64,000 bases of DNA from Psammoneis japonica (Eukaryota), in assembly GCA_008632985.1 (NCBI GenBank), contig QPGO01000118.1, forward strand, positions 62,001 to 126,000, written 5' to 3'. The number at the start of each line of letters is the position of its first letter. Position 1 is the stretch's first letter. The position numbers and the translations under genes are program-made. The notes beneath the pieces were generated by a model. It was not told the origin of the DNA, made no database searches, and was given only the letters and a program-made list of their open reading frames with translations. Shown piece by piece: positions 12,305 to 24,498 of the stretch.

Positions 12305-14549
12305 TGAGGAGTCTATGCGTCGACCGTTCTTCGCGCGCGCGCTCGCACGCACCCGAAGGTCTCCTCATAGACTCTCGCGGAAGTAAGACGGACGATGTAC
12401 CAGGGTCGTATGTAGGCCGTTTGTTACGGTGCCGTTTTTCTGGACATGCCGCAAGCGCATCGTCTCATTGCTGTTATCGGCATGAACGACTCCCAAGGCT
12501 GTCTAGGGCTGGCACTGTAGAATGAATCTTTTGCAGCATTGGGACGTTTTGAGCACACCATGACAAAGCCCTGCAGTTGCACAACTGCTGCATGGCTCCT
12601 CATTCCATCATTCACAATCGGATGTGTTGACCCTTTTCTCTCGGCTCGATCGCGCTAGCCACACATCGAACCACGACCTGTGAACTGTCACGCCAGGTCA
12701 TTGAGCTGGCAGCAGTCCACCAGCAGTTGCCGCAGGAGGCCGAAAAGAGAAGGGAGGATGCAAGAAGTGAGAACATCCGTGACACAGGATTCAAGAGAGG
12801 CAACAAAATTGGAAACATCAATGCAAAAAACAGAAACATTCTCACCGGCAATTAACGCCAAGGAAGAGACACGACAGTGCCGCCGCTGAGCACTGAGAGG
12901 CGTGCCAAAGAATGCTGCTGAATCCCCACCAAGCCCATTGATCAGCCTGCGTTTTCGATCCACGCTGCGTCTCAAAGCAGGAGATCTTGCCAGAGGCGAA
13001 AACAAAAACTGCAATTGTTGAGTCACAGAAGCAAATTGTGAGCAAAATCACAACACCAACTTGCCAATTGGCCTTTGCACACATTCTTTTGTGTCTCATG
13101 TGTGTGTGTGCTTGTCGCTGCAACGGCATTTGTCTCATCCCATTGCTGGAGGCATTCACACTGTCGCGAACTGATGAAATCCTGCGCAAAGTGCAAGCCC
13201 CATTGAGTGAGTTTGAATGCCAACAATTAACAACACTGTCATGTGAGCTTGCCTCCTTGACTCAGTGTCACCAAATGAGCACAGCCAATGCACTCAAATC
13301 TGCCCAAGCGGCAAGAAATCGACACAACCGTCCAAAAATCTCCAAAAATGTCATGAAACAGTGACGCCCAACCAAAAATGAGACCCCAGACCATCTTTGC
13401 CTCAAATCTCAGAGCTGTGGTCAAACCACGCCTCATGCAGACACCAACAAACAACACCAAGGTGCTCCATGGACTGAGAACCTGCGTGACAACAAGGAAG
13501 AGCCCATTCCGTGAGTGAGCACATTTCTGGCAAAAAACACAAAGCCATTTGTTACAAACAACAGAAACAACGGTTGCGCCACAAGAAAGACAATGCCATT
13601 GCAAGCCAATGACGAAAATGCGCACAAATTTCCATGTCATAACTCACAGGGTGCAATGGAGCGGAGCATGCGACGACAATCAACGACACATGTCAGCACC
13701 TGCCGAAAAAGTGACGATTTTGCACTCAGTCAGTCTCGGGGATAAATCAATCAAATGTTTGCCAATTTTCTCTGTTCCAACACCATGGTGCGCTTCAACA
13801 GTGAGTGTCTGAACAACCACTGAATGGTGCAAGGCACAGCGGTCGATGCACCGATGAAATCGATCATCGTTGGAACGGCACATTTTCTGGCATGTTTTGT
13901 GTAGAAAGCTCTGCAGAGCATTTCGCAAAATCCAGGGAGGCATGGCAACAAATTTTGAGCCACCGTCCGTCCAGAAAACGCATCCGCAGCATGGCAAGTG
14001 CAGTCATGATGGCGGCATGGAAATCTGATTGGACAAATGACGTCAGCTAAGAACCTTGTTGTTCACAATGAGCAATGATGACATCATCCTCACCCCACCA
14101 TCTCCTGTCCACCCCGCCGCCCGCGCTGGCCGTGGCGATTTGCTGCGCCCCAACTCAAACTTCAAAAGAGAAACATTCACAAGCCCCAAGAGACTCAGCA
14201 AGACAACAACACATCATGACACACAAACAGCACAAACCACCCATGACAGCGGCAACTTTCGGACTGGCGAGCACAAAAATGACGCCATTGGAACCGCAGC
14301 ATTTTTGTCAGCACGTGTGTGTTGTTTCTCTTTTTGTTCAATGCAAGTGCGACCCTCTTGTGGGACAATTTCAGCAACTTTCAAGTGGAAAGTTTTGCAC
14401 CGTCCTTCTTGGGCCATTTGGTCCACCTGCTCTAAAATCATTTGACTCACAAATGACACCGTTCAATCCGCCATGTCTAAATTGCTCTGTGTGGCAGTTT
14501 CTGTGCACCCGGAGCCTTCGCACTTCAACCCACTTCCCTTGCTTGATGA

Positions 14550-16618
14550 TCAGGCAGCTTCCACCTTTTGCCTCTTTGATGGCTTCTGAACAACCATTGC
14601 TGCATCCTGCCCAAGACCTTCTTGAATGCTGGTCATGTCACGTCGTTCCTTCGCCACCAACTTCTTCCTTTTGGCCCGCTCATGCGCAAAGCACTGACAA
14701 CAGAAGGCAACATGTTCTTCCTTCAGACTGTTGACTGCCGCCACCTGCATCTCTCTGGGCAGTGAAGAGAACCGACCAATGGTTCGCAAGTCGAGCAGCA
14801 AAGACATGAGCTGTTGTTCGCTGCACTCGATCTCCCCGACTTCCACCAGCCTGTTGTTTGTGTTGTTGCCCAAGAATCGACGCTCGAATTCTGTTGTAGC
14901 CCACTCCAAACAAACCTGCCCAACAGCAGACAGGTTGCTCACTTTCACCTCTTGGCGCGGCAGCTTTGGACTCGTGTCGACTTGCTCGGGCACAACCATG
15001 GAAATTGTTTCGCCAGTCAACTGCTTGTAAGTCGTGGTCTTGATGATGCTTCCACACCCAGCAGCACGTAGCTTCTCATGCTGGGACATGGTTGTGAGCA
15101 GTTGACACGGATTGAGAACAGCCTCGAACTCTCGGAAATGCTGCCGCAACATGCTGTTGGTGCCGAGTGCACCCCTGTTGGCCATGTTGTAAAGTTCAAT
15201 CGCTCGTTGCATCCGAAGAGCCCAGCTGAGCAGCTGGAACTCTGCTGCAACCCGTGCACCATTCAAGTCCAGCTTTGGCTTCAAGGTTGCCACATTGTTG
15301 GTCTCCGCTAGATCCGTCAGCTTCGAAAAACGTTTTTTGCACCGGAAGTGCTTCGCGACATTCTTGGCATCATTCATCACTTCAACTCCTTCCGGGAATG
15401 GATTGACTGGCTTTTTGTCCTTAGAACGCACTGGGGCTCCAACTGCAGATGCCCCAACCTTGTCCCCATCATGCATGTCACAGCCCTCTGTGTCTTTAAT
15501 CTTGGGAAAGTCCCTGGAAACTCCAGTTGCGGCACGATCCGACACCATGGAGCTCAGCACATTGTTCAACTCCATTCCAGTGCGGTCACGAAAAGTGCCC
15601 CGAAACAGTTTTGCGACCGCTGGATCCGTGCTGTCTTTTGATCTTCTAAATCCCATGCAAACAACAAGATTTGCGCACCAACACGGATCAATGAATTGCA
15701 AACCAAATGATTGACACTTGTTGTGGTTTGCCAGCGTGACGCCATCATGAATCCCTTGCCCAAAATGGTTGCCATGACTCTGGGCCACTTTCAACTGAAG
15801 TGTGATTTGAAGGAATTGTTTGAAAACTTCAAACTCCGCTCTAACGTGTCCTCCGAGCTTGTGCCGGGTCATCAACGGGACATCGGGATTTGCAGCACGC
15901 ATCATCTCTTGGAAAAATTCGTCTTCAAAGGTTCGCCCAGATGTGAGTGGGTTTCCATGCACGCACCAGGCTCCCTGTGCTGACAGGTTTTTTTGTTTGC
16001 AGGTGAGCATGAACCCCAACTTTTGCTGCTTCTTGGGCTTCTGCGCATTCGAGTCAGACTTCTGGCAAGACTCGGTGGCAGACTTCTCCACTGAGCACTG
16101 CAGTTGATGATCCGCAAGCTCTTCCTAAAACAAAACAAGCAACAAATGCAAGTCATTGGCGAAAGACTCTTTGCTGACACATGCACCCAAGCATGCAACA
16201 AGAGGGAACTGACCTTTTTCTTTTCATCCCGAGCTCGCTTTTCATTGTTTTCAGGTGAGTCGACATGCCACTTTTGGATGTGATGCACGGCTTTGGCAGT
16301 GCCCCAATGATCCTTGCCTTTGGGTTTAACAAGTGTCATAAATGGTGACTCGCAACCTTCCACAGTGCAGATGTGAGTGCACTCTTTTGCCATTGGATGA
16401 GTCGCTTGCAACCTTTTGACAGTGTCCCACACCGTGGACTTGTTGGGCCGATGACCAGGGGTGTTGGCACGCGTCAAATGCATGGGGTCCGTCTTCCAGG
16501 GCTCCTCCTTGTCTTCGCGAGAAGCCTCTCTCCCACTTTCCTCGGATGCTTTCGTGGTGCCGAAAAATTCCGCATCTTCGTCGGTGCTGGCAATCATGGT
16601 GTTGTTGGCGGCACTCAT
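14550..16618 (-). pseudogene. hAT-family transposase, join(16618..16214,16124..14550)
   Basis: BED-like finger (STVWDTV..HICTVEGC..HIQKWH), GIHDGVT, VSDRAA, GCDMH (CxxH), LNGARVAA; in-frame 89-nt GT-AG intron; C-terminus decayed. Confidence 0.75.
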
Positions 16619-17116
16619 GGTGTCTCAGATTGACACCATGGTGCATGAACCAAAGTGCAAAACCTTGGAGAAAGAAAATGCAAAATGTTGTGAGAAGCTG
16701 GCGCATGAGACAATCATCGACAACAACAAAACAACAATTGTTGAAACATTTGTTGGAACTTGCGCATTGAACATTTTGTCATGAACCAACACAATGGTTG
16801 AGCAATTGCTGAACAAATGCGTGCATGATTGCTGAACAAATGCACGACACAATTGCTGAACAAACATGCCACAATTGTTCAGCAATGCAACACGATCCAT
16901 CCCCCACATTCCAAAATGATGCTGCAGGCCAATCCACAACCGTTTGTTCAGTCTGCCGACGAGTGTTGTTGTCATCACTGATGGTGCCGCTGCCGCGGCA
17001 CTTGCCGCAACGATGTCTGAGCGAGCAGTGAGCAGGTGAGAGGTGCGAGCTGTTTGCCATCTCTTGACACAATGGCTCAAATTTTGATTGCAATCGACTG
17101 CAACCACCGACTGCGA

Positions 17117-17722
17117 TTGCGACCTCGGCACATTCCCAACAATCGAGTCTTTGCAATCGAGTTTGCAGTTGCAACTGCAATCAAAGTGGGGCCGATTGCA
17201 ATCGATCCTGGCAATTGGGCAACACTGGTTAAATCTGACAGTGAAATTACACGCCATTCACACGGAGAGAGCCGATTTTTGTGGAATTTTCAGCACCGAA
17301 ATGCGGCTCGCATCTCCTCCTTGGCATCCGTCCTGACGGGATGAAGGCTTTGTTTGTCGTGCAGTGGAATGTAAACACAACAACTCCTGTTGACCACTTT
17401 TTGGAGTTTGTCCTTTGCCATTGCGACCTCGGCACATTCCCAACAATCGAGTCATTGCAATCGAGTTTGCAGTTGCAACTGCAATCAAAGTGGGGCCGAT
17501 TGCAATCGATCCTGGCAATTGGGCAACACTGGTTAAATCTGACAGTGAAGTTGCACGCCATTCACACGGAGAGAGCCGATTTTTGTGGAATTTTCAGCAC
17601 CGAAATGCGGCTCGCATCTCCTCCTTGGCATCCGTCCTGACGGGATGAAGGCTTTGTTTGTCGTGCAGTGGAATGTAAACACAACAACTCCTGTTGACCA
17701 CTTTTTGGAGTTTGTCCTTTGC
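17117..17722. repeat. Tandem duplication, 2 x 304 bp
   Basis: Near-identical units starting TTGCGACCTCGGCACATTCC at ~17117 and 17421. Confidence 0.9.
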
Positions 17723-18390
17723 TTTTTCGAAAAGAGCCTCGGAATCGAGAAGAGCATTTCGCGCACAACCAAAAAATTTGCTGTTGACAATGATGCAAGC
17801 ATGCGGGCGTGTTCACTCATTTCTCGCCAATTGTGAGCATGCGGTCGTGACAATCACTTAATTTGTCATAAGTCTTGTGAGTTTCATTGTGAAAGAATGC
17901 GATTGAGTCGCGTTGTCATGGCATCAAAGACCGGCATGCAAAATCTTCGTCGCCATTGTCTCGTCCGTGTGGTTCTACATGGTTTTAGTGCCAGGCCTGC
18001 AGCGATGCCCGCGTTTCGCACTCGCTGAAATGGGGCGAAATTTTGTCGCTCATTTGGTGGCAACGTTTCTTTACAAGATTCACAGCCCAACCGGCGCGAC
18101 CAAGACACCGCTGGAAAGCTGAGAAAGTCCTCTTTCGATCTTTGGCAATGAAAATGACACAAAAACAGTTCTGTGCATGCATTTTTCATAGAAAAATTTA
18201 GCCAAATGCGCATCAATGGCGCGCACCTCTGTGGGGCCCTGCAAGTGCCGGCACTCGTGCCTGCGGTGCCTGCTGCAGGTGCTGGGGGGCAACAATGATG
18301 TCAACATTGCTTGTTGTGAAGAACAAAGTTCACAGCTGACGTCGTTTGTCCAATCAGATTTCCATGCTGCCGTTGTGACCGCACTCACCA

Positions 18391-18559
18391 TGCAGCAACT
18401 CACTCGCACGCTTCTGACACATGGCACCAATTTTGGACATTAGATTGGTGCAGCCGTTTGAGAGAGGCTTGCCAGTGTTCGCCAACGCTTGGGCTCCCCT
18501 CTCTTCGGTCTGCTCACTTCTTTGTTTTGACATCAGTTTCAGCTTGAGCTTGCACTGCA
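18391..18559 (+). repeat. 5' LTR (169 bp)
   Basis: Direct repeat of 24066-24236, TG...CA ends. Confidence 0.9.
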
Positions 18560-18786
18560 ATTACAGTTGATTGTAAAGAGCTGAATGAGAAACAACGATG
18601 CAACTAACAGGCTTGCGAAACAAGAGAAAAGAACATTGAGAGCGAAGGCAGCGAATTGGGCTTTGGAACAAAAACAGCAAAAGGAGACACGAAAACAACG
18701 CGAGCAGGATTTGGCGATTCGGGTTGCACAACTCGAGTCGAAGGTAGAGTGCTTGAAGCAGTTTCTTGGAGGACCAACTTGGCCTG

Positions 18787-19938
18787 ATGAGCAATCGCGA
18801 GAGCCTTGAAGAACCGTGCATTTTGCATGTTGTGAAATTTGCTCATTCGGATTTGGAACTTGCAAAATTGACTCAATCGCATGATGATGGTGGCACGCGT
18901 ACAAAGAAGTGCCCTTGTTTTGACGGAACTGATGGCATTGAAGCGTTGTTGTTCGTGGAAGATTGTTTTCGTAAACTGGCTGCAAAACTTGAATTCACTG
19001 CAGGCGAAGAACTGTTTGACAATTTCGAGGAAGTGTCGACAGACACCGCTGAAGACAAATGGTCCAATCTCACCATGGCGATTCCGAATGTGCAGAAGAC
19101 GGTGGCTCGTTTTGACCAAGAATTGGCTCGTTTTTATTTGTCACATTGTGAAACTGAAGCGCGTGACACGATGATTGAATGCTTGCTCTCTCTTAAAAAG
19201 CCATGTGATGTTGAAGCACAGGCACACGCGGATCGAATGGAGACCTCAGTGCGACACACGAACAAGTTGCCGGGAAACAATCCAGTTGTCACTCAGAACC
19301 AGAAGAAGAAGATGATCTTCGACAGCTTCCCTTTGTCGTGGCGCGAGATGCACACAAGAGCAGGACGCACGATTGGAAATGACACGTTGGCGGAAATTGT
19401 CGCGCACATGAGCACGGAGAAATCATTTGCAGATGGGAACAAGAAGACTTCAAAGAAGCGCAAAGACAGACAGTCGAAAGGTGGCGGCTCTGCCAAGAAG
19501 AAAGGCAATCGCATTGACCCAGAATCTCAATGTCCTTTGCATGCTCACAATCACAAGTGGAAAGATTGCGCCATGAATCCCGACTCTGACAACTGCCGTC
19601 CAAGAACTGATCGCGGAGGTCACGGATGTGGTGGCCGTGGCGGTCGAGGTGGCGGTCGAGGTGGAGGTCATGGTTGTGGCGGAGCGCAAGGTCGTGGTTG
19701 GCAAGGCCGTGGCTGTCAAGGTCATGGTGGCGGCCGAGGAAACTACGGTGGTCGCGGAAACTGTGACTCTGGCGGCAACAGCGGCGAGCATCATGATGAT
19801 GGTGGCTCTCACATGCAACATCAAAACGACACCCGAACCAATGCAAATGGCAGCGGTTGCGGCAATCCGGCCAGAACGGCTCCTCCCAATGATTGGTCTG
19901 CTGAAAGCCATCATCTTGATTCGACAGGAGGGCCTTGA
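18787..19938 (+). pseudogene. Gypsy gag
   Basis: Open frame with CPLHAHNHKWKDC knuckle-like motif and Gly/Arg-rich tail. Confidence 0.8.
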
Positions 19939-20055
19939 GAGCATCAAGGTGGAACGGGAAGTTTTCGACCTGGCGGTCGCTTCTCGGGACGCGGTCGACA
20001 CTGACCCAATGAGCTTGAAGAGCTGTCGTCCGAGTGTGTCGCTCCTGATTCTTTT

Positions 20056-23000
20056 GTGTTTGATGATTGTGCTGATTGCGTTGATGATTGTTGTGCACAT
20101 GCTGCTGATTTATTTGATGATGATGATTTCGGAAATTGTGCCATGAATGACGAAGACGATGTGGGACTTGAGTGCGCTGCACCAACCCCAAAAACAAAAC
20201 CAATTGGACCATTGAATGTGGTCCCTACAACCTCATTCGCGGCGCGATTCATTCAAGACAAGGAAAGCAAGCACGTGATGCGGGTGTCACTTGATTCCGG
20301 TGGAACCCATTCAATGATTCATGCTCGGGTGTTGCCGGTTGGAGCGGCTCCAGCATTGGAAGAGACAGGACCAATTCGTGCAAAGTTTGGGACAACAGCA
20401 GGAGAATTCGAATCAACTCGTCATGTTCGACTGCAAGACTTGGTGCTCCCTGAATTCGACAAGACCAAACATGTTGACGGCATGCATGCGCATGTGTTTG
20501 ACTCACCCTGCCAATGTGACATGATCCTTGGACAGGACTTCTTGGCGAGAGCGGGTGTCACATTGGATTTTGAACACGGAATTGTCAAGTGGCTCGGTTC
20601 AAGCATTGCGATGAAGCCAAGGAATCAGCGGACTGGCATCCAGCAATGGCTCGATGATTTGACTGATGAGCTGGCCAATGATGATGACGTGTGGGATGGC
20701 CACATCCTCGATGCAAAGCATGAGGAGACGTCCCCTTCTGAAGCAGCTTCAGCTCAGAAGCATCTCACTGCCGAACAGCAAGAGAAATTGCGCCTCGCAT
20801 TGGAAAAACACACTGCTCTTTTTGATGGCACCCTTGGCAAGCATGCTGACGAAAAAGTTCACCTTGACATTGATCCCAACGCCGTTCCGCACCATTCTCG
20901 AGCATGTGCAGTGCCGCACAATGATCTCGAGACTTTCAAGCAAGAATTGGATCATTTGGTGGCTCTTGGCATTCTTGAAGAAGCCGGAACTTCGGAATGG
21001 GCTGCAGGTGCCTTTGTTCGGCCGAAGAAAGATGGTCGAGTGCGGTGGCTCAGCGATTTTCGGGAACTCAACAAAGCCCTCAAGCGCAAGGTTTGTCCCT
21101 GACGCATTCCAGGTCTAGGTGGGACCTCGCACTGCTGAACTGTGACATCGACAGTTTTTTGAATCACGTCGCATGTCGCGCACGTAGATTTCTACGTGAT
21201 TTTTTTGATGTTTTGTGTCATTTTACGGTGCACTTGTTGAGCGATCCGTCCAACAACTTTTTGACATTTTTTGTTACAGTGCGATTCTACAATGTCTTAA
21301 GAATCGCGTAGGGCAGGTGCATTTGCAAAAACGTCGAGTGGCAAGAGGCACAATTGCACCACAAACTTGGCCGTTTATTTGATGTTGAAGACAAACATGT
21401 CCATCAATTAAATTCTCGTACTACGGAGCTCGCACGTAGAATTCTACGGGCCCAATGTCACACGGAGTCCCACCTGGGGCTGGAACGCGTCCCCTTGCCG
21501 ATCATTCAAGATGTGTTGCAAAAGAGAGCCGGGTGCAAATTTCTTACAAAGTTGGATCTCTCAATGATGTGCTGTGCGTTTGAACTGGACGACGATTCCA
21601 AAGATCTGACGACAATCGTGACACCCTTTGGAAAGTGTCGATGCTGCTGTCCAGCAATGGGTTTGAAGCCGGCTCTGGATGTTGCGCAACACTTGATTGA
21701 GAAAACTGTGCATGACTTGGACGTTGACGCACATGTTGATGATCTCGCTCAATTTGATGACAATTTTGATGTTCACCTTGCTCGTCTCGACAAACTCCTG
21801 CAACGTTTGGAAGAAGCTGGATTTAATGTGAACCCTTTGAAATGTGAATGGTGTGTGCAGGAAACGGATTTCCTTGGGCATTGGCCAACTCCAACTGGAA
21901 TTCGTCCGTGGAAGAAGAAAGTGGAAGCCATTCTGCGAACGCAACCTCCGGAAAATGTCAAGCAGCTTCGTTCATTTCTTGGTGCTGTGACATGCTGTCA
22001 CAACATGTGGCCTCGGCATTCTCACTTGTTGAAACCCTTGACAGATCTCACAGGCAAAGGCTCGTGGACGTGGACAGCAGATTGTCAGACGGCGTTCGAA
22101 GAGATGAAAGCAGCACTGGCGGCCAAAACGTTGATGGCGCATCCGAATCACAACAAACCCTTCCACATCTGTGCTGATGCCAGTGATTGCCAAATGGGCG
22201 CAGTGATTGCACAAGATGGAAAACCCATTGCATGCTGGTCTTGAAAGCCAAACGCGGCGCAACAAAACTGCTCGACGATCGAAAAAGAACTCTTGGCCAT
22301 TGTCATGTGCTTTCACGAATTCCGAACGATGCTCCTTGGTGGCGACTTGCATGCATTCACCGACCACAAGAACCTTGCCTTTCGCACCTTGAATTCACAA
22401 CGTGTGCTCCGTTGGCACCTCTTTCTGGAAGACTTTGCCCCTCAATTCCATTGTGTCGAAGGCCGCTTGAATGTCTTGGCTGATTGTTTTTCTTGTTTGC
22501 CTCACATGGATCCTCCCTCTGAAGGGAAGAGCTTGGCTCCGGGTGAAGGAACTGTTGTTGATTTTGCTCCGCTCGATTCGAAGTTGGTGCCGAGTGAGGA
22601 ACCATCCAAAGTCGAGGATTTCCGCGATGAGGACTTGGAGCTCGGCGCATGCTGATTCAAGTGTTGTCGCAACATTGAAAATGAAGGCCACTCACACTTC
22701 TTCTCTTTCTTTGTTGATGAGCCGGAACTGTTCGACTCCTTTTTGAATTGCCCTGCGATGCAGGAGATGCAAAATCCAGCGGCGTTACAACGGATTCAAG
22801 AGTGCCAGTTCGAGGACCAACAATTGAACCAGATGCGCATTGCTCACCCTGATCGTTTCCTTGTGGAACATGTGAACAATCGACCACTTGTGTGTCATCG
22901 CGTGCGACCAAATGATCCTCCAGGACAGTGGAAAATCTGTTTGCCGACTGCGCTCATGCCCGACATTTTATGGTGGCATCATCTCGTCCTTGGCCATGCC

Positions 23001-23942
23001 GGAAGCCAGCGCATGCGTGAAACAATCCAGGCTCATTGTTGTCACCCTGGGTTGCGTCGCATGTGTGATGAACATTCTTGTGCTGATTGCCAACGTGACA
23101 AAACTTTGGGTCCTGGCTGTGGAGAGCTGCCCGAATGAGAAGCTCCATTGACTCCCTGGTCGGAAGTGGCGGTTGACCTCATTGGCCCGTGGAAAATCAA
23201 AGTGCCGAATGGAGAGATTGAGTTTCAGGCATTGACCTGTGTTGATCCTGTCTCCAATCTTGTTGAACTGGTGAGAATTGAGAACAAAGCTGCTCAACAT
23301 GTTGCCAACCAATTCGAAAACTGCTGGCTTGCACGCTGTCCCAGACCAAATTGATGCATCCACGACAACGGCGGCGAGTTCACTGGGTGTGAGTTTCAGA
23401 TGCCATTGCAACGAGCCGGAATTGATGATGTGCCGACCACTTCACACAACCCTCAAGCCAGTGCCATTTGTGAACAAATGCACCAGACTGTCGGCAATGC
23501 ATTGCGCACGCTCATTGCTTCCAATCCACCTCAAAACCTTCAGGATGCAGCCAGCCTCGTGGACGATGCTTTGGCAACTGCAATGTGTGCAACCCGCTGT
23601 GCTGTTTCCCATTCCTTGCAGATTTCACCAGGTGCTGTGGTGTTCGGACGTGACATGATCTTGGACATCCCAGTGCTGGCGGATTTGTTGACGATTCAAG
23701 GCCATCGCCAGACGCTGATCAACGACAACTTGCGACGAGCCAATGCCAAGAGAAGATCCTGCGATTGTCAAGTGGGTGATCAAGTTCCAATCAAGTGCAC
23801 TGAGCCATCCAGACTCGAGCCTCATGCTCATGGTCCTCACCCCATTGTTCAAGTGCATGTAAATGGCACACTCTCGGTTCGTCGAGCTCCTCATGTGGTT
23901 GAGTGCCTCAACACTCGGCGCCTGATTCCTTTTCGCGGTTGA
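20056..23942 (+). pseudogene. Gypsy pol (protease, RT, RNase H, integrase), interrupted by a MITE and several stops
   Basis: LDSGGT, KKDGRVRWLSDFRELNK, HVDD (YxDD position), DASDCQMGAVI, EKELL, VAVDLIGPW, HDNGGEF, NPQASAICE, HGPHPI (GPY position). Confidence 0.92.
21101..21491. mobile_element. 391-bp MITE inserted in RT, 4-bp TSD CCCT
   Basis: 25-bp imperfect TIRs GACGC(A/G)TTCCAG....AGGTGGGAC; removing it with one CCCT restores ...RKVCP-LPIIQD. Confidence 0.92.
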
Positions 23943-24065
23943 TCAGGGGGGTTTCTTCCCAACACCTGGGTTTCCTCCTGCTGTCATCTTCACTTTTGGT
24001 TTTGGTCCTTGGTTTTTGGCCCTTTGCATGATCCTCCAGTTCTTTTGGATCATGGAAGGGAAGAG

Positions 24066-24236
24066 TGCAGCAACTCACTCGCACGCTTCTGACATGTGGT
24101 GTCAATTTTGGACATTAGACCAACGCAGCCGTTTGAGAGAGGCTCGCCAGCGTTCGCTGACGCTCAGGCTCCCCTCTCTTCGGTCTGCTCACTTCTTTGT
24201 TTTGACATCAGTTTCAGCTTGAGCTTGCATGCCACA
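24066..24236 (+). repeat. 3' LTR (171 bp)
   Basis: Direct repeat of 18391-18559 preceded by a polypurine tract. Confidence 0.9.
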
Positions 24237-24498
24237 CCGCAGACACGTTTTCTGCCGTCCGTCTCACTTCCGTGAGAGTCTGCCAGCACATTGTCCCGGG
24301 AATGCAACCCATGTTGCATTGCGCAGTGTTTCTCCGTTGAATTCTGCACCTTGTGCTGACCGTCACCCCCACTTCAGGGACCGCATCTTCCATGTCATTG
24401 TGGAGGAAGCACGGGGATTTTTCCCGCATCGAAACAACCGGGTTGTTGCATGGTACGTCGCGTTTCTGACAGATTCATGCAACAATGCAACGGAGACC

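Larger units (their letters stand above)
13990..18392 (-). mobile_element. hAT-like DNA transposon
   Basis: ~100-bp imperfect TIRs (13990-14090 vs 18290-18392, core GGAAATCTGATTGGACAAA(T/C)GACGTCAGC) enclosing a transposase gene. Confidence 0.8.
18391..24236 (+). mobile_element. Ty3/Gypsy LTR retrotransposon (full length, inactivated)
   Basis: LTRs 18391-18559 and 24066-24236; polypurine tract GGAAGGGAAGAG before the 3' LTR; gag then PR-RT-RH-IN order. Confidence 0.95.

Noticed and set aside
12550..13970. Possible coding remnant in the left arm of the 13.3-kb element
   Set aside because: No recognisable motif after mental back-mutation; left unassigned.
21354..23942. Alternative genetic code, selenocysteine or stop read-through explaining the Cys-rich pol with internal TGA
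   Set aside because: Neighbouring host genes use the standard code with normal Tyr. The TGAs fit CGA>TGA decay.
18391..24236. ADAR/APOBEC editing of the retroelement intermediate as the cause of A>G
   Set aside because: Changes occur on both strands, differ between the two LTRs, and also affect a DNA transposon and host gene copies.
18391..24241. Target-site duplication for the Gypsy element
   Set aside because: Immediate flanks (CACCA vs CCGCA) do not match. Alternatives depend on the assumed LTR end, so no TSD is called.
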